NCBI RefSeq assembly: GCF_001548275.1
Contig: NZ_AP014945.1
Span: forward strand, 840,001 to 872,000
From: Caldimicrobium thiodismutans
GTDB lineage: Bacteria; Desulfobacterota; Thermodesulfobacteria; Thermodesulfobacteriales; Thermodesulfobacteriaceae
Direction of reading: 5' to 3'
DNA: 32,000 nt
The position numbers and the translations under genes were made by a program. Below, piece after piece: positions 24,353 to 32,000 of the stretch; within the stretch, counting starts at the first letter, position 1, and the number at the start of each line of letters is the position of its first letter. A model generated the notes under the pieces. The model was given only the letters and a program-made list of their open reading frames with translations. It was not told the origin of the DNA and did no database searches.

Positions 24353-25470
24353 TACTCCTTATATCTCCTGGGAATGATTTTACCAAGATTACAGAAAAGT
24401 TCATAGGATATGGTATCTGCAAGTTGTGCCAGTTCATCAGCAGGGACTTCTTCCCTTTCTCCACCAAGGAGGATCACCTCCTCCCCCAGCTGAGGAGAAG
24501 GAATCTCGGTAAGATCAAGATAAAGGGCTTTCATGGAAATAGTTCCGACAATGGGGACCCTTTGCCCTCTTATCACAGCAAAGCCTTTATTACTTAGAAT
24601 TCTTGGATATCCATCTCCATAACCCACGGGTATAATTCCTAAAAGGGTCTCCCTTTTAGCGGTAAAGGTAGGGCCATAGCCTGCAATCTCGCCTTTTTTA
24701 AGATGTTTTATCTCCACAACCTTTGATTTAAGGGTCATAACTGGTTTAAGTCTAATACGGGCCCTGGCCTTATTACAAGGATACCCTCCATAAAGAGCAA
24801 TCCCTGGTCTTACCAAATTTCCTTTAAAATCTTCAGAAAAGATAATCCCAGCAGAGTTGTAGAGATGCACAAACTTGGGATTAAACCCCTCTGAGGTAAG
24901 AAGAGACAAAGCCTTCTTGAATTCTTTGATTTGAGCATGAAAGATAGGATCTTCAGGTCTTTCAGAACAGGCAAGATGGGTCATAAGACCTGTAAGCTGA
25001 AGCTGGGGGTTTTCCCTTAATCTCTCAATAATCTCTAAAAGCTCATGCATAGGCACACCAAAGCGGTGCATCCCTGTATCCACTTTGAGATGAAACTCAA
25101 ATGTTACGGCCTTTTTGAGGGTAAAATCTATGAGCCACTCAAGAGTAAAGATGCTTGTAACAACTGGCGTGATTCTAAGGACCTTGATGTCAGGGAGCCA
25201 GTCCTTTTCAAAGCCAGAAAGGAGAATCAGGGGATGTATAAACCCTGCCCTTCTTAAAAGATGAGCCTCATAAGGTTCAGAGATACCGAAACCGTAGACC
25301 TTCTCCTCAGTTAAAGCTCTGGCCACCTCAAGCAGTCCGTGTCCATAGGCATCATTTTTTATGACCGGCAATATCTCTACCTCTTCAGGTAAAAGCTTAC
25401 GAAGAGACCTTAAATTCTCTTTAAGATTATAAAGATTTATCTCAAGGAGCCTTGTCCAGAAAATCCCCAT
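24352..25470 (-). CDS. alr: alanine racemase
   Basis: PVIKNDAYGHG (PLP lysine) and C-terminal ISYE..L region. Confidence 0.85.
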   Translation of the reverse strand: MGIFWTRLLEINLYNLKENLRSLRKLLPEEVEILPVIKNDAYGHGLLEVARALTEEKVYGFGISEPYEAHLLRRAGFIHPLILLSGFEKDWLPDIKVLRITPVVTSIFTLEWLIDFTLKKAVTFEFHLKVDTGMHRFGVPMHELLEIIERLRENPQLQLTGLMTHLACSERPEDPIFHAQIKEFKKALSLLTSEGFNPKFVHLYNSAGIIFSEDFKGNLVRPGIALYGGYPCNKARARIRLKPVMTLKSKVVEIKHLKKGEIAGYGPTFTAKRETLLGIIPVGYGDGYPRILSNKGFAVIRGQRVPIVGTISMKALYLDLTEIPSPQLGEEVILLGGEREEVPADELAQLADTISYELFCNLGKIIPRRYKE

Positions 25471-25477
25471 CCCCCTG

Positions 25478-26377
25478 CTAAGTTTCTTTTTTTGATTTTA
25501 GAAAATCAGAAGCGGAAAGCCCTGCAATACAGCCTTCTCCAACTGCTTTGGCAAGTTGAAGAGGGGGGCCAGTTAAATCGCCACAGGCAAAAATACCCTC
25601 CACACTTGTCTGCATCTTTCTATCAACCCTAACATAGCTAAAGGTCTCAGGGTCAAGTTCTACTCCCAGGGGAGCTATAAGCTCAAGAGCACCTTTAGCC
25701 CCAATTTCAATGAAAATCCCATCAACCTCAATGCTTTTATTCCCTTCAAAGACAAGCCCTTTAACCTCCTCTTCCCCAAGGATTTCAAAGGGTTTTTCTT
25801 GAATAATCTCTACAGGGAAATCTTTAAGTTCTTCATCAAGACCCTCAAGCTCTTTTAGGGGGATAAAATAGACTTTCTCAGCAAACTGCGTGAGAGTTTT
25901 AGCTCCATGAATACCAGCAGAACCATCTCCAATCACAGCTACCCTTTTTCCTCTATAAAACCAGGCATCACAATCCACGCAATAGGAAAGTCCTTTACCA
26001 ACATATTGATCTTCTCTTTTAAAAATTTTTTTCTTCCTCTTTACACCAATGGCCAGAATAAGAGCTAAAGCCTTAAATTTTTTACCCCTTTCTGTCTCAA
26101 CAAGAAAAGTCCTATCTTCAAGAAGCTCAAGTTTCACCGCATCCTCATCAAGAATTTCCGCACCAAATTTTTGAGCCTGAGTGATACCTGCATAAAGAAG
26201 CTCTTTTCCATCTATCTTTTCCTTAAAACCAAAATAATTTTCAATATGAGCTGAAAAAAGGGCACTGGCCTCTGGTTTTCCAAGAATAAGGACACTATGT
26301 CTTCTTCTGGCGCTATGAATACCTGCCTGAAGTCCTGCTGGACCTGCACCTATAATAATAATTTCATATTCTTTCAT
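25478..26377 (-). CDS. thioredoxin-reductase-like FAD-dependent pyridine nucleotide-disulfide oxidoreductase
   Basis: IIIGAGPAGLQAG, redox CVDC, VAVIGDGSAG, FACGD motifs. ~300 aa. Confidence 0.7.
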   Translation of the reverse strand: MKEYEIIIIGAGPAGLQAGIHSARRRHSVLILGKPEASALFSAHIENYFGFKEKIDGKELLYAGITQAQKFGAEILDEDAVKLELLEDRTFLVETERGKKFKALALILAIGVKRKKKIFKREDQYVGKGLSYCVDCDAWFYRGKRVAVIGDGSAGIHGAKTLTQFAEKVYFIPLKELEGLDEELKDFPVEIIQEKPFEILGEEEVKGLVFEGNKSIEVDGIFIEIGAKGALELIAPLGVELDPETFSYVRVDRKMQTSVEGIFACGDLTGPPLQLAKAVGEGCIAGLSASDFLKSKKET

Positions 26378-26379
26378 AT

Positions 26380-26571
26380 TTAAGCCTCCTTTCCTGAGCT
26401 TATCTCTTCTATTTCCTCAGGCCTTAATTTTAATCTATACTCCTCACTTAGCCAGCTGTAAAGATCAGCTAATTTGCATTCCTTAGAACAAAAGGGGCGA
26501 TAAGGATTGCCTTCCCAGGTAGTTTTCCTTTTGCAATGGGGACACCGCACTTTTTTCAGGGGACCAGCCAT
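26380..26571 (-). CDS. yacG: DNA gyrase inhibitor YacG (zinc finger)
   Basis: CPHCKR..NPYRPFCSKECKLADL.W matches the YacG pattern. Confidence 0.75.
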   Translation of the reverse strand: MAGPLKKVRCPHCKRKTTWEGNPYRPFCSKECKLADLYSWLSEEYRLKLRPEEIEEISSGKEA

Positions 26572-27470
26572 AATGCCCTATCTTCAAGGGTACTAACAAG
26601 TTTGGTTGCTGTTGAACCAAGGAGAAGCTCAGGAAAGCCCCCTCTTCCTCTTTTGCCAACCACAAGGGTTGTAAACTGCCCTCTTCTGGCCTCTTTAAGA
26701 ATGGCATAGGTTGGACCAAGAAAGGATGTGGTAACCTTTAGCTTTAGCCTTGAGAAATCAAGATGAAAATGCCTCAAAGACTCTTTTATCCTGTGAAAAA
26801 AGTCAATAATCTCAGGATCAAGATCTAAGGGTAAGTTATCCTCAAAGGAGCCTTCCCAGGTCCTTCCAGTTAATGTAACATGCAGGAAGGTTGCTGTATA
26901 ATCTTTAAGAAAACTTAAGACCCTACCGGTATATTCAGCTACCTTAAGCCCCCTTTCGCCCAGATCAAGGGCTACGAGTATTTTTCTGTCAAAGTCTTTT
27001 CCTCTAACAATCCAGAGGGGTTGATGGGTGTAAAGAATAAGCTTCTGGGTAAGAGAGCCTGCCCAGATAGATGCAAGTCTTCCAAGCCCTCTTTTTCCTG
27101 CTATAACTGCATCAAAGTTTTTATCCTTTAAAAATTGTAAAAGGGCTAAGGCTCTATCACTCTCTGCAAACTCTATATAAAAATGGGCCTTTACCTGTAA
27201 ACTTTTTAAAAGATCTTGAATAATCTCCTCAAAACGCTTGCGAACTCTTTCTTGATTTTCTCTACAAAATTTCTCTATCTCTTCCTCTCTTTTAATTTCC
27301 CTTAGATAATCCCTTTGGGGGAGAAGCAGGCTTGTGGGAATGGTAATTACATGCAAAAGACTAAGCTCAATCTCTCTTCCCTCAAAGAGATGCTTCAGGT
27401 AAGTTAATATATTTCTACAGGCAGGGCACTCATCATAACAAAGCAGAAAATGGGGAATTATTTTTTCCAT
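26556..27470 (-). CDS. tandem universal stress protein (two UspA domains)
   Basis: VIAGKRGLGRL and VVGKRGRGGFPELLLGSTATKLV ATP-binding motifs. Confidence 0.75.
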   Translation of the reverse strand: MEKIIPHFLLCYDECPACRNILTYLKHLFEGREIELSLLHVITIPTSLLLPQRDYLREIKREEEIEKFCRENQERVRKRFEEIIQDLLKSLQVKAHFYIEFAESDRALALLQFLKDKNFDAVIAGKRGLGRLASIWAGSLTQKLILYTHQPLWIVRGKDFDRKILVALDLGERGLKVAEYTGRVLSFLKDYTATFLHVTLTGRTWEGSFEDNLPLDLDPEIIDFFHRIKESLRHFHLDFSRLKLKVTTSFLGPTYAILKEARRGQFTTLVVGKRGRGGFPELLLGSTATKLVSTLEDRALWLVP

Positions 27471-28846
27471 TTTAGGATATATTCCCGCAGGGAGTTCAAA
27501 TAGCTTTTCACTGCTTCTCTTCCTGTGCCACCCAAAATCTCTCTTCTTTTAAGGGAGTGTTCAATAGTTAGCCAGGTATAAATCTCCTCAGTAATAAGGG
27601 GGCTAAAGCTCTGAAACTCTGCAAGGCTTAATTCTTCAAGTTTTTTACCCCTTTCTTCAGCAAATCTTACAATCTTTCCTGTAAGGTGATGGGCCTCTCT
27701 GAAGGGGAGCCCCTTGGTAACCAGGTAATCTGCAAGCTCAGTGGCTAAAAGATAGCCCTCTTTAAGAAAACTTTCTATTCTTTTTTGATTTACCTTTAAG
27801 CCCTCTATAAGAAGAGTGGCCATTTTTAAAGAGGCTTGAGTTGTGACGATACCCTGAAAAAGTGGAGGTTTATCCTCTTGCAGATCCCGATTATAGCTCA
27901 AGGGGAGATTCTTTATAAGGGTTAATAATTGGAAGAGATTCCCAAGGACAATAGCTCCCTTTCCTCGGATTAGTTCAGCAGAATCAGGATTTTTCTTTTG
28001 TGGCATGATGGATGAACCTGAGCAAAAGCGGTCTGGAAGATCAATAAAGGCAAATTCTGGGGTCATCCAGAGGATCAATTCTTCACTCAGTCTTGACAAA
28101 TCAAGCATTATAAGGGTTAAGATAAAAAGAAATTCAGCAGAAAAATCGCGGGAGCTAACTGCATAAACGCTATGGGGATGGGGTGCTGAAAATCCAAGCT
28201 CCTTTGCCATAAAGGTTCTATCTAAGGGGAAACCGCACCCTGCAAAGGCTGAGCTCCCAAGGGGTGAGAGCTTGAGCCTTTTTTCCCAATCAAGGAGCCT
28301 CTCAAAATGGAGACGACTTCCCTCTGCATAAGCAGAAATCCAGTGAGAAAAAAGAACGGGTTGAGCATGCTGAAGATGAGTAAAACCCGGCATGACAACA
28401 TCCATATATGCCTCAGCCTTTGTGATCAAGGTCTCAATAAAATTAAGCAAGAGGATCTTAAGCTTTTCTCCTTCATCCATAAGATAGAGTCTCAAATCCG
28501 TGACCACCTGTTCATTGCGAGATCTTCCTGTATGAAGTTTATAGGCAATATCTCCGATCCTTTCAAAAAGGGCCTTTTCAAGATTCATGTGGACATCTTC
28601 CTGTTCCACCTTAAAAACAAAGCAACCCTCTTTGATCTCTTTTTCAATTTCAAGAAGGCCCTTTTCAATCAAAAAGTATTCTTCCCTGGTCAAGATCCCT
28701 GCTTTTAATAGAGCTTTGCCATAAACAAGGCTTGCCTTAATTTCTGCAAAGGCAAGAATTTTATCAAAGGATACAGACTCAGTAAATTCCTCAAAAAACT
28801 TATCTGTTTCTTCTCTGAATCTTCCCCCCCAGGCCTTATCCAGCAT
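27458..28846 (-). CDS. argH: argininosuccinate lyase
   Basis: WGGRF start, GFTHLQHAQP, GSSIMPQKKNPD signature. Confidence 0.92.
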   Translation of the reverse strand: MLDKAWGGRFREETDKFFEEFTESVSFDKILAFAEIKASLVYGKALLKAGILTREEYFLIEKGLLEIEKEIKEGCFVFKVEQEDVHMNLEKALFERIGDIAYKLHTGRSRNEQVVTDLRLYLMDEGEKLKILLLNFIETLITKAEAYMDVVMPGFTHLQHAQPVLFSHWISAYAEGSRLHFERLLDWEKRLKLSPLGSSAFAGCGFPLDRTFMAKELGFSAPHPHSVYAVSSRDFSAEFLFILTLIMLDLSRLSEELILWMTPEFAFIDLPDRFCSGSSIMPQKKNPDSAELIRGKGAIVLGNLFQLLTLIKNLPLSYNRDLQEDKPPLFQGIVTTQASLKMATLLIEGLKVNQKRIESFLKEGYLLATELADYLVTKGLPFREAHHLTGKIVRFAEERGKKLEELSLAEFQSFSPLITEEIYTWLTIEHSLKRREILGGTGREAVKSYLNSLREYILKWKK

Positions 28847-28874
28847 AATTCAATCCTCTCTAAAAATAAATTCT

Positions 28875-28902
28875 ATTCTAACACAAAAATTTTCACTCCC
28901 AA
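28875..28902 (-). promoter_or_regulatory. possible argH promoter TTGGGA-N16-TAGAAT with TG extension
   Basis: Read on the minus strand in the divergent argH/MCP gap. A tandem TAGAATAGAAT is present. Confidence 0.3.
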
Positions 28903-28918
28903 GGGGAAAAATTTGGTA

Positions 28919-28946
28919 TTGACTTTTTATATGAGGTTAATAGAAT
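28919..28946 (+). promoter_or_regulatory. sigma70-like promoter TTGACT-N16-TAGAAT for the chemoreceptor gene
   Basis: Direct reading, 45 nt upstream of ATG 28991. Confidence 0.4.
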
Positions 28947-28990
28947 TTTTCTTTTGAAAAGTGAAATCTACCAGGGAAAAAGGGGGCTTT

Positions 28991-30967
28991 ATGAAGGTTA
29001 AAAAATCTATTTTAAAGCAGATTCAGAGAAACGTCTTTCTGGGGCTGGGGATCTATCTTATCCTGATTTTTGCCGGGATTTATGTGGCTTTTAAATGGAC
29101 CTATCATAAAGAGGTAAAAAGTTCTTTAGAAGGAATAAAAGCTTCTTTAAAAGAGAGTATTTTGCTTCAAGGTGATAGCAATTTCAAAGAAGCCCTTTTA
29201 TTTGCTGAAAATCAAGATGTAAAAAGGATTTATCTATCCCTTAAAAAAGAAGGAGGAGATCTTTCCAGGGTAGAAGAGAAAAATAAGGAAATTTTCCAAA
29301 AGTATGGAAGACTTTTGAGAGACACTACTGAGCCATTAATCAAGGTTCTTGAAAGAGAAACTGGAGTAAGACCTAAGATCCATTTTCATCTTCCTGGTCC
29401 CCGCTCTTTTGTAAGAACCTGGAAGAAACCAGGCGAAGATGTTAAGCTTGATGATCTATCTGGTTTTAGATTTGCTATAACGGAAGCTCAAAAATCCAAA
29501 AAACCTATTCTTGGGCTTGAGCCAGGAAGAGAAGGCCTCGTTTTCAGAACCATAGTTCCTATTATTTCTGAGGGAGAACTTCTTGGCTCTGTGGAATCAG
29601 GGCAAAGTCTTGATACTTATCTTAATAATTTCATAAAAGAGAGAAAAGACATCACCCATTTTGCCATAATTCTTAAAAAGGATCTTGAAAAGATCATGGA
29701 TTTTTATATCAAAGATGGTAAAGCCAAACTCCTTGACCAGGCCATTCTTTATGCCCAATCTAAGGATTTTGATCCTAAACTTTTAAAAGATGTTCTTGAG
29801 CATGCCTTCAAAGAAGAGACCTTTGAGCATGGGAAACTCTACTTTGTGAGAATTCCCCTCAAATCTTTTAAGGGAGAAGAAATTGGATATGTTGTTCTTG
29901 GGCGTGATGTCTCTGAGTTAATAAATCTCTTTAGAGGCATGAGTTTTCTTCTTATTGCTCTTTTTATAGTTTTTGCATTAGTTTACTATTTTGTTTTGAA
30001 TAGGAGCCTTAAGGGCTGTTCAGCAAATCTACTTTCTACAGCTTCTGCTATGGAAGAGCTTGCAAGCGGAAGAGGGGATCTCACCTTCAGACTCAATGTA
30101 AAAACTGAGGACGAAATAGGGCTTCTTGCAGGATATTTTAATCAATTTATGGAGACCTTAAGTAATATAATGAGAAGCTTTGTGGAAAAAGTTAAGGTTC
30201 TTTTTTCAGGGGCAGAAAAGCTTGAAGACGATGTAAAAACCTTAGAATCAGAAAGTATTGCCTTCAAAGAAAGAGCAGAGTTTATCTCTCTTTCCTCTAC
30301 AGAAATTCTTTCAAGTATGGAAGAGGTTTCCAAATCTTTACAAGAATTGTCCTCTGCAATAACGGAGATTTCTCAGAGAGCTCAGGATTCTTCCGGAGTG
30401 GTCAGGGAAACCGTTTCAACAGTTGAATCAACGAAGGATAAGGTTGAGTTTTTAAAACAGGCTTCCTCTGAGATTGGCGAGGTTGTTAATCTTATAAACA
30501 GCATTGCGGAGCAGACAAACCTTCTTGCCCTCAATGCCTCAATTGAAGCAGCTCGTGCAGGAGAAGCTGGAAAAGGCTTTGCAGTGGTAGCCAATGAAGT
30601 GAAAGAGCTTGCAAGACAAACCCAGGAAGCTACTCAAACCATTGCAGAGAAGATTAGACTTCTTCAGGATAGTAGTTCTGAAGTTTCAACCGGGGTTGAA
30701 GAGGTTGTAAATCTAATCAAAAAGGTTGAGGATGCTTCCACTGCTATTGCAGGTGCAGTTGAAGAACAGACCATTGTAGTAAATACTGTTGCTGACCACA
30801 TTCTTGGGGTAAAAGACAAGGTTATGATTAATGAAGAACAGGCCAATCAAATACGCAATTCGGTAGATAATCTTGTGTATCTAGCTGAAAGATTAAAAGA
30901 GGTAAGTTCTCAAGTCAAAGGAGTGGCTAATGAAATAAAGGAAATTACCTCTCAATTTAAAATATAG
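28991..30967 (+). CDS. methyl-accepting chemotaxis protein (periplasmic Cache-like sensor, HAMP, MA domain)
   Basis: N-terminal TM, second [22 protein letters not shown] region, [35 protein letters not shown] signature. ATG 28991 with a purine-rich RBS is preferred over GTG 28961. Confidence 0.85.
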   Translation: MKVKKSILKQIQRNVFLGLGIYLILIFAGIYVAFKWTYHKEVKSSLEGIKASLKESILLQGDSNFKEALLFAENQDVKRIYLSLKKEGGDLSRVEEKNKEIFQKYGRLLRDTTEPLIKVLERETGVRPKIHFHLPGPRSFVRTWKKPGEDVKLDDLSGFRFAITEAQKSKKPILGLEPGREGLVFRTIVPIISEGELLGSVESGQSLDTYLNNFIKERKDITHFAIILKKDLEKIMDFYIKDGKAKLLDQAILYAQSKDFDPKLLKDVLEHAFKEETFEHGKLYFVRIPLKSFKGEEIGYVVLGRDVSELINLFRGMSFLLIALFIVFALVYYFVLNRSLKGCSANLLSTASAMEELASGRGDLTFRLNVKTEDEIGLLAGYFNQFMETLSNIMRSFVEKVKVLFSGAEKLEDDVKTLESESIAFKERAEFISLSSTEILSSMEEVSKSLQELSSAITEISQRAQDSSGVVRETVSTVESTKDKVEFLKQASSEIGEVVNLINSIAEQTNLLALNASIEAARAGEAGKGFAVVANEVKELARQTQEATQTIAEKIRLLQDSSSEVSTGVEEVVNLIKKVEDASTAIAGAVEEQTIVVNTVADHILGVKDKVMINEEQANQIRNSVDNLVYLAERLKEVSSQVKGVANEIKEITSQFKI

Positions 30968-30988
30968 GAGGAATAAGAAAAAGCTCTC

Positions 30989-31205
30989 TGTATAAGTTCA
31001 GATCTTTGCAAGAAAATGGAAGGGTAGTAAGAGGTGAGAGGTAAGAGGTGAGAGTAGGGGAAACCCTTGCGTGTCTGCCCAATAATATATAAAACATATA
31101 ACAGGCAAACCCATAGGGTTGCCCCTACAAAATACAGATTCATTTACTTACAACAGAAGTAGTAGAAAAATCCTCTTGAGTCTCAAAAGATATGGACGCA
31201 TACAC
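30989..31205 (+). repeat. intergenic repeat family, copy C3 (long form)
   Basis: Aligns with 13112-13378. It starts 22 nt after the MCP stop codon and ends 4 nt before the tRNA-Val -35 box. Confidence 0.85.
31026..31053 (+). repeat. tandem heptamer array, 4 units (agtaaga ggtgaga ggtaaga ggtgaga), inside C3
   Basis: Direct reading. Confidence 0.85.
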
Positions 31206-31209
31206 TATC

Positions 31210-31237
31210 TTGATAAAATTAGAAATTGATGTATCTT
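31210..31237 (+). promoter_or_regulatory. promoter TTGATA-N16-TATCTT for tRNA-Val/rpsF
   Basis: Homologous to the queC promoter through tgTATCTTTrAAG. The -10 ends 16 nt before the tRNA 5' end. Confidence 0.4.
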
Positions 31238-31253
31238 TGAAGATTGAGGGTAT

Positions 31254-31325
31254 GGGCGGTTAGCTCAGGGGTAGAGCGCCATCCTCACACGGTGGATGTC
31301 GGAGGTTCAAATCCTCCACCGCCCA
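31254..31325 (+). tRNA. tRNA-Val (anticodon CAC)
   Basis: Acceptor GGGCGGT/ACCGCCC, D arm GCTC..GAGC, anticodon stem CCATC/GGTGG with loop CTCACAC, T arm GGAGG-TTCAAAT-CCTCC. No encoded CCA. Confidence 0.9.
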
Positions 31326-31381
31326 TTTCACTCCTTGCTCCTAAAAATTTAGGGGCCAAAAAGACCAGAAGGAGGGTAAAC

Positions 31382-31717
31382 ATGTTTGAGATTCCAAAGG
31401 CTGAGCGTTTTCGTAAGTGGGAAACCCTTTTTATCATTCATCCTGATCGGGTGGATGAAAAGGATTCCCTTCTGGAAAAGTTTAGACAAATTGTTCAAGG
31501 AAAATCTGGAGAGGTGCTTAAACTTGAGGAATGGGGTCTGAGAAAACTTGCTTATCCCATTGCTAAGAAGAGAAAAGGTTATTATGTGCTTGCAGAATTT
31601 TCAGGTAAGGCGGACCTTCCTCAAGAGCTTGAAAATTTCTTTCGCATTGATGAACGGGTTATCCGTTTTATTATCGTTAAATTAGAAGAAAGGTTTAAAC
31701 CTGAGATCCAGAACTAA
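31382..31717 (+). CDS. rpsF: 30S ribosomal protein S6
   Basis: ETLFIIHPD..EEWGLRKLAYPI.K...GYYV matches the S6 pattern. RBS AAGGAGGG 6 nt before ATG 31382. The tracked ORF start at 31244 lies inside tRNA-Val. Confidence 0.9.
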   Translation: MFEIPKAERFRKWETLFIIHPDRVDEKDSLLEKFRQIVQGKSGEVLKLEEWGLRKLAYPIAKKRKGYYVLAEFSGKADLPQELENFFRIDERVIRFIIVKLEERFKPEIQN

Positions 31718-31965
31718 GGAGGAGTCAACAATCAGAAAATAGGGTAAGGTAAAAATGTTAACCATGGCAAATAACCTTGGAATTATTAATCCTTCAATTA
31801 AATTTTTGATGGGAGTAGAATTAAAGTTGTCCCTTACTCCATCCTCCCGTGTGGCGAGAGCTTTTAGCTTAAACCTTCTCATTGGGAGTTGAGGGACAAA
31901 ATTAAACAAAGAAGACATGCTTATATTATAAACAAAAAAATTGCAGGTGGAGGTGGAGGAAAAAA

Positions 31966-32000
31966 ATGGATAATAATGTGACTGTTAAAAAGAGATTTTT
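31966..32000 (+). CDS. rpsR: probable 5' end of 30S ribosomal protein S18 gene (runs off the window)
   Basis: ATG 31966 is preceded by GGTGGAGGTGGAGGA. Only MDNNVTVKKRF is visible, so the call rests on synteny with rpsF. Confidence 0.3.
   Translation, partial: MDNNVTVKKRF

Noticed and set aside
30952-31143. 63-aa minus-strand ORF
   Set aside because: It lies inside repeat copy C3. The homologous copies C1 and C0 carry indels, some not multiples of three, that destroy the frame. No RBS.
31244-31381. N-terminal 46 codons of the tracked 157-aa ORF
   Set aside because: This stretch overlaps tRNA-Val. The S6 homology and a strong RBS begin at ATG 31382.
31682-31918. 78-aa minus-strand ORF between rpsF and rpsR
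   Set aside because: It overlaps the rpsF 3' end antisense, has no RBS, and its composition does not look like a protein. The region is better explained as structured RNA.

Overview
Low-GC chromosomal window. The K/E/I/L-rich proteins suggest a thermophilic, deep-branching bacterium, but that is inference only. About 31 tightly packed, mostly housekeeping CDS and 2 tRNA genes. Plus strand: TPR protein tail, small RecB-like nuclease plus AddB-like Fe-S nuclease, CN-hydrolase/heptose-1-P adenylyltransferase fusion, queC-ykgJ, fur-family regulator, NAD(P) dehydrogenase, tRNA(CAT)-nif3-COG1579-tsaC-cooC-like-folE2, MCP, tRNA-Val-rpsF-(rpsR). Minus strand: ilvE, flgM, pilT-pilT/U-hyp-galU-priA, a His-rich 77-aa gene, and one long run argH-usp-yacG-trxR-like-alr-tatA-tatC-apgM-nadB-Zn-ribbon. 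I saw no CRISPR array, prophage, transposase gene or recognisable defence island. The main unexplained signal is non-coding: a dispersed intergenic repeat family with 4 clear copies plus 1 degenerate mini-copy, in long and short forms. The copies share conserved ends with weak inverted symmetry. They carry an internal GGTAAGA/GGTGAGA heptamer array of variable copy number whose units read as Shine-Dalgarno sequences. At a fixed distance from one end there is an outward-facing -35/-10 promoter, which sits directly upstream of pilT, queC, tRNA(CAT) and tRNA-Val. Secondary points: an AddB-like nuclease with no helicase partner, an unusual CN-hydrolase/RfaE-II fusion, a CooC-like ATPase translationally coupled to FolE2, a textbook FliA promoter that moves the flgM start, probable leaderless mRNAs, and a structured 250-nt rpsF-rpsR spacer where ssb usually lies. 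All functional calls come from motif recognition by eye; no searches were run.
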